Shown here: positions 39,208 to 48,822 of the stretch, piece by piece
Numbering within the stretch: position 1 is the stretch's first letter
Layout of the letters: the number at the start of each line of letters is the position of its first letter
Virus record (IMG/VR): IMGVR_UViG_2974508059_000001
Location: 32,001-96,000 of that record
Strand: one strand, 5' to 3'
Origin: a virus
Taxonomy: Duplodnaviria > Caudoviricetes
DNA: 64,000 nucleotides
Program-made: the position numbers and the translations under genes
The notes under the pieces: generated by a model
Database searches by the model: none
Seen by the model: only the letters and a program-made list of their open reading frames with translations
What the model was told of the DNA's origin: nothing

Positions 39208-39741
39208 ATGCGAATTCGTTTTTACCCATCGTGGGTGGATCAACCTAACATAGATAATGCGGCCGCCAGTAAAAAGTTAGAAGAGCTACAAGCGGAGTTC
39301 TTTAACTGGTTATATGACTGCCCGCAGGGGTTTAGTTCCAAGCTGTTACCGGAACAGTCTCCTGTCGCATTGTTTAAATCGTTTATGGCAGCAGACCCTG
39401 CTCCCATTAAATATTATGACCAAGTGCTTAACTTGGTTGAGAAAGGTACGGAAAGCTCGCTCGCCGATTTATATGGGCTAACGAGTTCCGCTGAGTTACG
39501 CTGGGTCTTCTCCCAACGTAATGATATGATTGTCGCCACGTTGTCAGAAGCGAAACCCCACCACTCACATGTGAGTTTTTCGATTGACGACGACAAGGCA
39601 GCAAAGAAGACGTTCTGCGCAGAACTTTTTAAATATGTGCGTACCAAGACTCGCGTCGTGGATGATTCGTTCAGCACTTCAACGCAGTTTGCTACACATC
39701 AGGTGCTGACGCAAATTTACGCATGTCATTTATTCAACTAG
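39208..39741 (+). CDS. Virion protein upstream of the capsid gene (phiKZ gp119-like)
   Basis: GGAG SD before ATG 39208; synteny. Confidence 0.7.
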   Translation: MRIRFYPSWVDQPNIDNAAASKKLEELQAEFFNWLYDCPQGFSSKLLPEQSPVALFKSFMAADPAPIKYYDQVLNLVEKGTESSLADLYGLTSSAELRWVFSQRNDMIVATLSEAKPHHSHVSFSIDDDKAAKKTFCAELFKYVRTKTRVVDDSFSTSTQFATHQVLTQIYACHLFN

Positions 39742-39753
39742 AGAATTGTGAAG

Positions 39754-42063
39754 ATGATTAAAGATACTCGAATCACCCAGCTGGAGCAGCTTATCGACGC
39801 AGGCAATGCTCTGGTAATGTCGCACAAAGGCACTACTGCCGCCACTGACATGTGGAACCAGGTCGTTGCAGGCGAGTCAATCCGCCGTGCTAATAACGAT
39901 GCTTTCACCGTTACCCGCGATTCTGCACAGGTTAAATATAACTCTGTTAGCGGCAAGAAAATGGGCTTCGCAGCTCAGGTTGCATCAAACATGATTCTGG
40001 CAGCGTCGTCTGACCCAGAAGAGTTCGCAACCAAAGTTGCTACCGAATCAAGCAATGCCAAATACAACAGCTATATGGACGTTGCTTACCCGGGTAGCGC
40101 TGCTGGCGACGACTACGGCAAAAATCCATTCGTTGGTACCGAGTATTACACCAACAAAGATCTGGATAAAAACCTCGGTCTGACCTGGACTCTGAACGTT
40201 CGTGCACTGGAAACCCAGTCCAAGTTCGCAGAAACCCTGTTCCCAACCATCACCGTTGAAAGCAACGATGTTGGTATCACCGTGCGTACTAAAGTAACCA
40301 CGGTAACTCGCGGTGTTCTGAACGCCCTGCTGGCGAAAGACAGCGTGATCGATGACCGTCAGCCGCTGCATAACGCTCTGTCTAACCACAAAGTGCTGCA
40401 GGATGACGCAATCCGTATCGTTCCTTACGTAATGGAAGATGGCTCTAACGCCGAATTCTTCGTACCGGAAGATGTGATTGCCAACGAAACCGTTCGTCTG
40501 GGCCGCGTACCTGCGTACCCAACTAACTACCTGAGCTTCGACAAGCAACAGCTGAACCTGTTCCGCCTTGCCGCGCATCCGGGTATCGTTGCTGAAGGCT
40601 ACGACGAAACTGACGAAATCGCGCCGGGTGCTGCACTGGGCCAGATTCTGCTGTCAGTTCGTAAAGCTGGTGAAGATGTTAAAGACGGCTCACTGTTCAA
40701 ACTGACCACGCGCGACATGCAGTTCGCCAGCTTCCAGCGTCCTGCTGAAGGTGAAGGTCGTGAACTGATCCTGAACTTCCGTCACACCCTGTTCGCAATG
40801 AACGGCGAAACTCTGGATTGGCAGGGCAAAGCAATGCCTGCGCTGGAATCGCTGAAGCAGAACGACTACACCCTGCGTTACGTTGTTAACGTCACCATGA
40901 GCCTGTTCACTAACGGACAGCGTTCTGGCTGGGTAGAAATCACTGGTAAAACGCTGCGCGTTGATTCTGTGGTTGATGGTACCGGCATGTCTCTGCCTAT
41001 CGACAGCGGCTCTGTTAAAACCATCCTCGACAACATCAAAATCGATCTGGTCGGCTGGCGCTTCGATGGTACTCGTACCAACGAAAACCGGAGAACCCAG
41101 GGCTTGCTGCTGGACCCAGTTTGGGAACAGGAGAACTACAAGCTGCAGTACGGTTCACCAATCCTGACCAAATCACCGGTCGGTGTTGAGTACGACGACG
41201 CTGAGCGTCTGGATGACCTCGTTTCTGCGGTAAACATCCGTAACGAAATGCTGGCCATCACCCAGACCCTGAACTACACCGAAGCTGTTCGCGATGTGTT
41301 CAAAACCATGGTAACACAGTGGGATAAACCTGCTATCCGTGGTCTGGGTCGTCACTGGGTTGGCGCATGGTACAACGAAAGCGATTACGACGTCTCTAAA
41401 GTTATCCAGTCTCTGGATACTAAAGATGCGCTGATCAACGCCCGTCAGGGTCTGATGCAGCGTCTGGGTGACCAGGTGACCCGTGCGATTCAGGACAGCC
41501 GCTACATGCCGGCTCTGCGCCTGCTGACCGCTGATCCGAACGCCCTGCCAAAAGTTATCATCGCAACCGATGAACCAACTGCGGCAATGATGCTGCTGAG
41601 CACCGGTGAAACCCGTCTGCTGGGCGACCGCTACGACTTCGAAGTTATCACCACCAACGATGACCGCTGGCGTGTGAAGAACCAAGAAGACGGTAGCTGG
41701 ACTCGTCGTCTGCAGTGGATGCTGAAGGTTGCTAACGTTGAGGACGGTTCTTACTGCGTCCTGAACTGGGGTAACCACTTCTGGTCACCAATCATGGTTA
41801 CCAACATCAACATCCAGCGTAACGGTTCAACGTCTAAAGAACTGGCTGTGCAGCCGCGCAACGCGCACATCTGCCACTGCCCGATCACTGGCGTTATCTG
41901 GGTTAAAGGTATCACCAAATTCGTTGAAGAGCGTCTGGCGTACTTCGTCAACGTTATCGACGATGGCACCACCAACACCGGCGGCACTAACGCTGGTGAT
42001 GTTGGCGCAGGTACCACTGCTCCGGCTACCGGTAGCACCACTGCTCCAGCCACTGGTTCTTAA
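39754..42063 (+). CDS. Major capsid protein (phiKZ gp120/SPN3US gp75-like); alternative start GTG 39748
   Basis: About 770 aa with very strong codon bias; AGES/ATES/GTE propeptide sites; QSKFAETLFPTITV, RTNENRRTQG, VQPRNAHICHCPI; strong terminator; synteny with DnaB. Confidence 0.9.
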   Translation: MIKDTRITQLEQLIDAGNALVMSHKGTTAATDMWNQVVAGESIRRANNDAFTVTRDSAQVKYNSVSGKKMGFAAQVASNMILAASSDPEEFATKVATESSNAKYNSYMDVAYPGSAAGDDYGKNPFVGTEYYTNKDLDKNLGLTWTLNVRALETQSKFAETLFPTITVESNDVGITVRTKVTTVTRGVLNALLAKDSVIDDRQPLHNALSNHKVLQDDAIRIVPYVMEDGSNAEFFVPEDVIANETVRLGRVPAYPTNYLSFDKQQLNLFRLAAHPGIVAEGYDETDEIAPGAALGQILLSVRKAGEDVKDGSLFKLTTRDMQFASFQRPAEGEGRELILNFRHTLFAMNGETLDWQGKAMPALESLKQNDYTLRYVVNVTMSLFTNGQRSGWVEITGKTLRVDSVVDGTGMSLPIDSGSVKTILDNIKIDLVGWRFDGTRTNENRRTQGLLLDPVWEQENYKLQYGSPILTKSPVGVEYDDAERLDDLVSAVNIRNEMLAITQTLNYTEAVRDVFKTMVTQWDKPAIRGLGRHWVGAWYNESDYDVSKVIQSLDTKDALINARQGLMQRLGDQVTRAIQDSRYMPALRLLTADPNALPKVIIATDEPTAAMMLLSTGETRLLGDRYDFEVITTNDDRWRVKNQEDGSWTRRLQWMLKVANVEDGSYCVLNWGNHFWSPIMVTNINIQRNGSTSKELAVQPRNAHICHCPITGVIWVKGITKFVEERLAYFVNVIDDGTTNTGGTNAGDVGAGTTAPATGSTTAPATGS

Positions 42064-42087
42064 TCAGTAGCTAAGCTGTGAAAAGAG

Positions 42088-42135
42088 ACCTACCTCCTTC
42101 GGGAGGTAGGTTTATCTTTTTTATTTTATTTTTTT
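42088..42135 (+). terminator. Strong terminator after the capsid gene (UUCG)
   Basis: ACCTACCTCC-ttcg-GGAGGTAGGT plus long T-rich tail. Confidence 0.92.
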
Positions 42136-42137
42136 AG

Positions 42138-42158
42138 AGATAGATATTATCAATGTGC
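42138..42158 (+). promoter_or_regulatory. Putative phage early promoter, copy 3
   Basis: AGATAGATATTATCAATGTGC. Confidence 0.65.
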
Positions 42159-42187
42159 ATACCTCACATTTTCTAAGGATCTATTTC

Positions 42188-42880
42188 ATGAAACACGAAC
42201 GCCCTTATCTTCGTTTCCAACTTAACGATAAGATCGTCATCCGGCCACTGTGTGGCGGACGCGTATTCGAACTTGCTGGGAGTGTCGACCCCATCGACTA
42301 TCTCGACCAAAGAGAACGCAAGCACTGGCAGCCTGAAGTACGGTTGCGCCCGGTTGAAGTAGAGGCGCTAAAAGCATGGCTCTCGCTATATACCCCGTAC
42401 GAGAGTAAAACGCGCGGGCCAGATTCATTGACACTGTCAGGCGTTATCTTCGAAATAGATGGGGACAGTTATGAGCGCAAGTCGCTTAGTACCAATGCCA
42501 TTGAAGCGATGGAGGCGCTTGGGTTCAATAACGATAACCCATTCGAGTACGTCCCCAACCGGGGCTATTTCTACCATCGCGATCTCGGAATAAAGATAAT
42601 CAAATCCTCGGAAGGGGATGGGTGTTATCTGGTAGACGTTTTGCTGGACATAGAGCAGCGCTGGATTGGTAAAACAACGCTTAGTCAGTCTCAGGCATAC
42701 CTTCCGCTATCACATGCCGCTGTGACGCTTGCAGACCGCCTGATGGGCATCATTAGCATGCAGACTGCACCCGACAAAGGTTACGACGTGGTTTTACGCA
42801 ACGGTATCGGTGAACTGAGCCTGCTCCAAAGCACTGACCGTTTGGCCCTGTCCCAAATCGTAGAAGACTTAATTCGATAA
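42188..42880 (+). CDS. Hypothetical protein, paralogue A of a tandem triplet
   Basis: TAAGGA SD before ATG 42188; shares motifs with the next two ORFs. Confidence 0.75.
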   Translation: MKHERPYLRFQLNDKIVIRPLCGGRVFELAGSVDPIDYLDQRERKHWQPEVRLRPVEVEALKAWLSLYTPYESKTRGPDSLTLSGVIFEIDGDSYERKSLSTNAIEAMEALGFNNDNPFEYVPNRGYFYHRDLGIKIIKSSEGDGCYLVDVLLDIEQRWIGKTTLSQSQAYLPLSHAAVTLADRLMGIISMQTAPDKGYDVVLRNGIGELSLLQSTDRLALSQIVEDLIR

Positions 42881-42891
42881 GGAGTATTTAA

Positions 42892-43554
42892 ATGAAAGAG
42901 TTGTTTGATACCAATGCACACGCCATTCGTGAAATCGGCTACGACACAAAGACAAATGAACACTTTATTGAAATTGATGTTATCCGCATCGCCACCCCAG
43001 CACAGCATCGTATCGTCATTAGCGAGCCTGAGTACATCGCCCTCTGCGGCTGGATACAGCTCGCTTTAACGGCCGACCCGTACGTTTTGATTCAGGATTT
43101 TCCTATCACGCAACTCATCCTGCGTACGGTGTCCATTCGTATCCTTGATATCCGCCAAGACGCGAAGCGGATGCGTGAGGTCATTAGCGACACCTACGTA
43201 CAGCAAGAACGCTGGGAACGGTATTGCGTGGAAGAGCTGAACAAAGAAAAGCAGTTCTTCTGGGAACCGCCATACAAGCGTTTCGGCTTCCAGTACAACA
43301 ACGCCGGCAGCTTCATCTACTACACGCTGGAACGCGTTGCGGCTTGTCCACAGGTTGATACGGGCCATTTGCCTGACGTGGCAGAGAAGCTCGTTGACAT
43401 CGCACAATCGTCATTGTTCCCACGGGTGGACTACGAGTTGCAGTTACGCTGGCGTAACGGACAGACCGGTATTGATGCTGGCTATGCCACGGTTGCCCGT
43501 ATTGATAAGAATGCCATTCTGGCGATGGGCCGTTTATTAGGAGGTAAGAAATGA
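42892..43554 (+). CDS. Hypothetical protein, paralogue B
   Basis: TAAGGAG SD. Confidence 0.8.
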   Translation: MKELFDTNAHAIREIGYDTKTNEHFIEIDVIRIATPAQHRIVISEPEYIALCGWIQLALTADPYVLIQDFPITQLILRTVSIRILDIRQDAKRMREVISDTYVQQERWERYCVEELNKEKQFFWEPPYKRFGFQYNNAGSFIYYTLERVAACPQVDTGHLPDVAEKLVDIAQSSLFPRVDYELQLRWRNGQTGIDAGYATVARIDKNAILAMGRLLGGKK

Positions 43555-44195
43555 GAAAGATAGCACTCTCAGAGATTGACAGTTTCGGTAAAAGTGAACA
43601 ACGGATGTCCTACTGCATCTTTCTTAATTCGAAAGGGCCGGACAGTGCGAACGGTAACAATGAGTTCATCAAAGTCACACCGGCTCAAGCCGATGCTCTG
43701 CACACCTTCCTAAAGGCCATGAACAATCCAGACGTCATTGTCAAGTTCCCAGAGTGGCGTACCCTTACCCTCGGCGATGTCCAGATCAGTGCAGTGGGTG
43801 ACCGCCATCCGATGGTGCAACCAATGAAGGAGCAGGACATCACCGTGGAGCACTATCGTCAATGGGCAAAGGAGATTATCCGCCGCTCGATGAATATCAG
43901 CTTCATGGAAGTCATCCGTTTGCCGAATGCTGGCTTTTTATCGGTAACCGGCGACTGGGCACTGTATCCCCGCGCCAACGACTTCGTACTCGCCTACCTG
44001 CGACCTGAGATGTCAGATGCTGCACCGCCCACTAACGTTGTGGCGTTGGGTGAAAGACTGCGGAAGATCGCTAAATCTGAGCTGGTAAAAGATGGGGAGC
44101 TCGTCCTCAAGAGTGATGGTTTCCATTGCGATCTGGGCCCCATTACCAACGCCGAACTTATCTACATCGCAGAAAGTATTCTCCCGCGTCAGTAG
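43551..44195 (+). CDS. Hypothetical protein, paralogue C
   Basis: AGGAGGT SD; ATGA overlap. Confidence 0.8.
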   Translation: MRKIALSEIDSFGKSEQRMSYCIFLNSKGPDSANGNNEFIKVTPAQADALHTFLKAMNNPDVIVKFPEWRTLTLGDVQISAVGDRHPMVQPMKEQDITVEHYRQWAKEIIRRSMNISFMEVIRLPNAGFLSVTGDWALYPRANDFVLAYLRPEMSDAAPPTNVVALGERLRKIAKSELVKDGELVLKSDGFHCDLGPITNAELIYIAESILPRQ

Positions 44196-44201
44196 ATTTA
44201 C

Positions 44202-44238
44202 CCCCTAACCCTTGCGGTTAGGGGTTCTTCTCTTTTTT
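44202..44238 (+). terminator. Rho-independent terminator
   Basis: CCCCTAACC-cttgc-GGTTAGGGG plus T-rich tail. Confidence 0.85.
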
Positions 44239-44283
44239 ACATCAGCCGCACACTGTATGTGCGCTCACGTTGTAAAGAAAATG

Positions 44284-44304
44284 AGATAGATGTTATCTAG
44301 GTGA
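44284..44304 (+). promoter_or_regulatory. Putative phage early promoter, copy 4
   Basis: AGATAGATGTTATCTAGGTGA upstream of the operon containing the nvRNAP beta subunit. Confidence 0.72.
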
Positions 44305-44333
44305 TACTGTTGCACTATTTAACTGGATAGCCG

Positions 44334-45338
44334 ATGAATCGAATCGATTTAGACGTAGAGCCGAGCGTCGTGCCGACCCCTGTCAACGTCGGGGGCTTAG
44401 TGAAGTCCATGACCGTCATTAACAACACAGGCTTACCCATCTTCATGACTGACCCCACAGGCAGTCACGTGGTGATACATCCGAATCATGATGTCATCTC
44501 AATGGATTCCGTTGTGGTGTATGTCACGCATCGGGTGAGGAATGGGGGCGGTAACTTATCGGGCTTGCTCGATGATGTGCCACCAAAGCTTGCGGCGCAA
44601 ATGGTTGAGGATTTCAAACGTCGGGGCGAGTGTACTGTAATGTACACCATTGGTGAGATTGATGCACTGCTGCGGGGTGAGTTGTTGCTGATAAAGAAAC
44701 TCGGTGTGGGTTTCTCTATCAAACCTGTGGATGTCGATAAGACACCAGTGCGAACATCAATGCGAAACAAAGCAAGTTTGGTGTTGGGGGTAGTGGTGGT
44801 ACAAAAGCATGGCGATCCGAGAATCATTCGGCACGTGCGGTACTACACCACTGTCATCGCCGTTGAACCTATGCGCTCACGCTTCTTTGAAGAGGGCGTG
44901 TATCTGACCATCTCAGGTGGGGAATGTGTCGAAGAAGGCAGCATGCTACGCTTTGGGTTTGATGAGGCCATCTCACCGTTTCGGTGTTTTGAGACTCGTG
45001 AAGAAGCCAAGGCCTTCCGTTGGGAAGATGCACTGCCGGATATCCGTGATGCGAAGCGACAGCTGGAAACTCAGTTGTTGGAAAGTCAATCGCAGATGGA
45101 TGAACGTAAACAAGCCATGGAGCTTGAACACAAAACCCGCATGAATGATCTCGCTATCGAAAAAGAGAGGGTGGCTGCGTACTATCGCGACCGAGAACTA
45201 GAAACCAAACAGAAACAAGAAGAGCGCAAAGACCATTACGAGAGCAGGTCCCTAGTTCGCAAGGACGGCTCCGAAACTTTGAAAATGATACCAGCATTCC
45301 TTGCCGCCGGGCTTACGGTAGTGGGGTTGCTATTATAG
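44334..45338 (+). CDS. Conserved protein with C-terminal coiled coil and hydrophobic tail (phiKZ gp122-like position)
   Basis: Coiled coil of about 80 aa ending MIPAFLAAGLTVVGLLL. Confidence 0.75.
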   Translation: MNRIDLDVEPSVVPTPVNVGGLVKSMTVINNTGLPIFMTDPTGSHVVIHPNHDVISMDSVVVYVTHRVRNGGGNLSGLLDDVPPKLAAQMVEDFKRRGECTVMYTIGEIDALLRGELLLIKKLGVGFSIKPVDVDKTPVRTSMRNKASLVLGVVVVQKHGDPRIIRHVRYYTTVIAVEPMRSRFFEEGVYLTISGGECVEEGSMLRFGFDEAISPFRCFETREEAKAFRWEDALPDIRDAKRQLETQLLESQSQMDERKQAMELEHKTRMNDLAIEKERVAAYYRDRELETKQKQEERKDHYESRSLVRKDGSETLKMIPAFLAAGLTVVGLLL

Positions 45339-45349
45339 CGAGGTGACGC

Positions 45350-47119
45350 GTGTTTAAAGATGCCATACGACGACTTCAGGAGGATAAACGCATTGCTACG
45401 TTTAACCGTGCAGTTGCAGAAGGTGTAGGTTACACCCAAGCAAAGGACGGGATACACGAGCGTGTCAACACAATCCTTCGACGGGAACTAACCTACGACC
45501 GGGATAATAACCCACGTCTGCCAGAAGGGTTAGGTTATGTTGGCTATCGCTTTATGTCGCCTTTTGAATCATTCATCTTTAAAATCAGTCGACAAGACAG
45601 CCGCAGTGGCCGTGGTAAAGCACCGATTACAATTGCTGAAACCGATACGTACATGATTGGCGCTCGCTTCCGTATTCCGGGAGAAAGTAAAGTCTTGACT
45701 CGTCCGATGTATCTGCCGTTTATCCGTCGCGGTGGGTTGATGAATTACTGGGGCACAAGCTACCATGTTGCACCGGTTATCCACCAACCCGGGATCTGCC
45801 AAGAGCATAACGGCCTGTTTGTAAACTTCGACTTCACCCGCAAGGTGTCCCTGAAGTTTGGCAAGCACCCTGTGAAGATACTGGTGAATGGTCGCAAGGA
45901 AGAGTTGTACATTCCGGGCACATCGAACCTGTATACACCGAAGAACCCAACCGGGCACGACGCGGATGAAAAGCCGTTGGTGTACTGGCTGTTCGGTAAG
46001 TACGGTTTCACCGATGCTATCAAACGGTATACCGGCGTGGATGTGAAAATCATTCCAGCTTACACCATCCCGGAAGTGGACTTAGAAGAGAACGTCATTA
46101 TCTCTTCGGGTGCTGACCCGCGTGTGTCTCGTACGATTCAATACGCGCTTCAGTTGCCAGTGTCTGCTTTCCCGAACATGGATAAGCCACGTTGGGAGCA
46201 AGACGAGCACACCTTGCTGGTGATGTGTGGTGCCTTCTTTAAAGCAGCGCACTATTACGCCAGTAAGCAGAACAGTCGCAGTGGCTTGAGCCAACTGACC
46301 CCACTGTTCACCAAGCTCGATGAATTCTCGCAAGAAGAGGATGTGGCGAACCTGAACTCACCCGGCGTCTGGAAAGAAGTCTTGGGTCGCAGTATCATGG
46401 GAACCAAAACCTCGGATGTGGAATTGCATCGCAGTATGGCGACACACTTCGGCGAGTGTCCGCGTTACTTAAGCGACACGTTCCGCGGTGAGTTGATGGT
46501 GTCAGACCCGGATATCGATCCGGACATGGATACCTTCGACTTTTTAATGTACGCCACCAAGCTCATGATTCGTACCCGCCTGACTCGCCAAGACGACATC
46601 CCGTCGATGTTTGGCAAGCGTCTGACGGTGGTGGATTATCTGTTGCTTGGCACGCAGGGCTTTACCAGTACGGTATCCCGTATTCGTTGGAAGCTGGAAG
46701 GCTTGGATGATAAGTCATCTGAGAGTTGCGGCACCACGGTGAAAGGACACCTGAACAAAGACATCAACCACAATCTCGTTACGCGCAGTATCACCAGTAA
46801 CGGGGCCATCAGTTTCTTCAACGCGTCTACCGAATCCATGGTACTGGCTGTGTCAACGCATGCCATCAGCCAGACGGAAACGGATAACAAGAAGAAGAAA
46901 GGTGGTAAGACAGTTAACCTGAACGACCGTACGAAACACGCCAGTGCTTCCCATGCGGTGTGTGGTAACATCTACTACGTTCCGAAGTCAAGCCCGTACA
47001 AATACGGTATCCTCAACCAGTACATGCAGACATCACGTAATCTCGTGATGGGCTACAACCCGAAACTCGAAACCGTTGTCCGTGAAACACAGGACGATAT
47101 CTCGAAGATCGGTCGATAA
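45350..47119 (+). CDS. rpoB: Non-virion RNA polymerase beta subunit, N-terminal part (phiKZ gp123-like)
   Basis: MYLPFIRRGGLMNYWGTSYHVAPVIHQPG, MFGKRL, HASHAVCG..PKSSP..GILN correspond to beta N-terminal regions; synteny. Confidence 0.8.
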   Translation: MFKDAIRRLQEDKRIATFNRAVAEGVGYTQAKDGIHERVNTILRRELTYDRDNNPRLPEGLGYVGYRFMSPFESFIFKISRQDSRSGRGKAPITIAETDTYMIGARFRIPGESKVLTRPMYLPFIRRGGLMNYWGTSYHVAPVIHQPGICQEHNGLFVNFDFTRKVSLKFGKHPVKILVNGRKEELYIPGTSNLYTPKNPTGHDADEKPLVYWLFGKYGFTDAIKRYTGVDVKIIPAYTIPEVDLEENVIISSGADPRVSRTIQYALQLPVSAFPNMDKPRWEQDEHTLLVMCGAFFKAAHYYASKQNSRSGLSQLTPLFTKLDEFSQEEDVANLNSPGVWKEVLGRSIMGTKTSDVELHRSMATHFGECPRYLSDTFRGELMVSDPDIDPDMDTFDFLMYATKLMIRTRLTRQDDIPSMFGKRLTVVDYLLLGTQGFTSTVSRIRWKLEGLDDKSSESCGTTVKGHLNKDINHNLVTRSITSNGAISFFNASTESMVLAVSTHAISQTETDNKKKKGGKTVNLNDRTKHASASHAVCGNIYYVPKSSPYKYGILNQYMQTSRNLVMGYNPKLETVVRETQDDISKIGR

Positions 47120-47153
47120 ATAAAAACCTAATTTAAACCGCAAGGAGTAACAG

Positions 47154-48764
47154 ATGTCGAACGTAACTATGGAACAAATTCAGAATATCCTGCGTCAAGC
47201 AAAAGGCAATGATGCGGTGCTGGCAAAACTGCTGGAAGCGGCTACTGCCAAAAACATGCAACTGGGTGATGCTGCAAAGATCGCACATGCTATCGCACAG
47301 ATTGCACTGGCGAAAGGTGTGGATCAGAGCACGGCTATCAACTCGCTGGTTGATGCATTTAAGGCAGCGGTGTATCAGGGTCTGGTACAACGTGGCGAGC
47401 GTTTCCCGGATGCCAACCTGCACAACAGCTTAACCACCACGTTCAACAATGCCGTTGCGCTGATTAAGTCGCATCAGCAGAACAACGGTGGCGGTCTGTT
47501 AGGCGGTGGTAACACCGGTACCAGCATTCTGGGCGCACCGAACGGTGGTGGTGTGAGCGTGGCATTGGGCGGTGGCGGTGGTATCCCACTGACTGTTGAA
47601 CCTTCTGCTCCGTCCAACCCGAACTCGGAAGCAGGCTTGTCTGTGTTGACGTCTGGCAGTGTTCCTGCACCGACCCCAGCGCCAGTACAGCAGCCTACGG
47701 GTCACGACCTGCTGGCCACAGCACAGGTTGCCCCTTCTACGCAAAACGGCGCACAGTTGACGGTCCTGACCGGACAGTCTGACAACCGTGAGTTAAACGA
47801 CAGTGTCTTCAACGTGATGGACGATAACATGGAAAACTACGCAGCGCATGAATTAGAAGTGAAAGTTGAGCAGGTATCTAAACCCGCTAAACAAGCGAAC
47901 GCTGATGTGAAGTTGTTCACTGACGGCGGTAGCTGGCGTAAAGAGCTTGCTGACATCACTGAGAAAGATGCAAGCGCTGTGTACTTCGAAGATGCTGACA
48001 TTCTGGTGCGTCTGGATGAAGATGTGCGTACCTATTACGTGGGTCATGAAGATTCCGATCGCGATATGATTCGCAGCTTCTACGAAACACATCGTAATCT
48101 GATGTCGAATCTGTGCAAAGCACAGACCACTGACGATATCGATAAGCTCATTGCGCTGGTGCAGGGTGTGATTGCTACCCTGCGCAAGAATGCCGTCGAG
48201 CTGCATCAGAAAGTGAACGAAGGCAAGTTCAGCACCGTCACCACCGCCGGTGAAGTGCGTCGCTTTGTTAACAGCTATCTGTATCTGGTCGATATCCACG
48301 TTCACAATGCGCTGTCGATCATGACGCAGGGCGGCACTAAACTGCCAAACGGTCGTATCGTATCGCTGGAACGTAAAGCAGAAGATCTCGAATACTTCAC
48401 CACGAACGTATACGAATCCACTGTGGCGGAAAACGGTACCAGCACGGAAGAAGATTGGTTCCGTGAACTGCTGGAAATGGTTGCGGTGTCGCTGGGCAAA
48501 CACAGCGTGCGTTGTGAAGGCGAAGGCACAGTGCTGCTGTTGTCCCACACCATTGCAACCGTGGTTATTCCGGGCATGTATGCAGCGGTGGATAAGGATC
48601 ACACCATCGGCTCACACACACTGGCCTCAACGGCGGATGCTATCTCTGATATCTACGAAGAGCTCTACAAGCATAAGCCGGGTATGAACGTGGTGCTGGA
48701 AACGCCAACCTCGCGTCACCTGCTGCTGAGCAGTGGTGGTGTGGGCGCTGCCATCCGTTACTAA
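47154..48764 (+). CDS. Hypothetical protein with Gly/Pro-rich linker
   Basis: AAGGAG SD; 536 aa. Confidence 0.8.
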   Translation: MSNVTMEQIQNILRQAKGNDAVLAKLLEAATAKNMQLGDAAKIAHAIAQIALAKGVDQSTAINSLVDAFKAAVYQGLVQRGERFPDANLHNSLTTTFNNAVALIKSHQQNNGGGLLGGGNTGTSILGAPNGGGVSVALGGGGGIPLTVEPSAPSNPNSEAGLSVLTSGSVPAPTPAPVQQPTGHDLLATAQVAPSTQNGAQLTVLTGQSDNRELNDSVFNVMDDNMENYAAHELEVKVEQVSKPAKQANADVKLFTDGGSWRKELADITEKDASAVYFEDADILVRLDEDVRTYYVGHEDSDRDMIRSFYETHRNLMSNLCKAQTTDDIDKLIALVQGVIATLRKNAVELHQKVNEGKFSTVTTAGEVRRFVNSYLYLVDIHVHNALSIMTQGGTKLPNGRIVSLERKAEDLEYFTTNVYESTVAENGTSTEEDWFRELLEMVAVSLGKHSVRCEGEGTVLLLSHTIATVVIPGMYAAVDKDHTIGSHTLASTADAISDIYEELYKHKPGMNVVLETPTSRHLLLSSGGVGAAIRY

Positions 48765-48771
48765 GTTAAAC

Positions 48772-48799
48772 AGGGAGACTTCGGTCTCCCTTTTCTTTT
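48772..48799 (+). terminator. Rho-independent terminator (UUCG)
   Basis: AGGGAGAC-ttcg-GTCTCCCT plus T run. Confidence 0.9.
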
Positions 48800-48822
48800 A
48801 TTTAATAGCAAGGAGTAATAAA

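Noticed and set aside
1-47119. Introns, inteins or homing endonucleases in the RNAP, polymerase, DnaB or capsid genes
   Set aside because: Reading frames are continuous and of plausible size; no HNH, GIY-YIG, LAGLIDADG or intein end motifs noticed.
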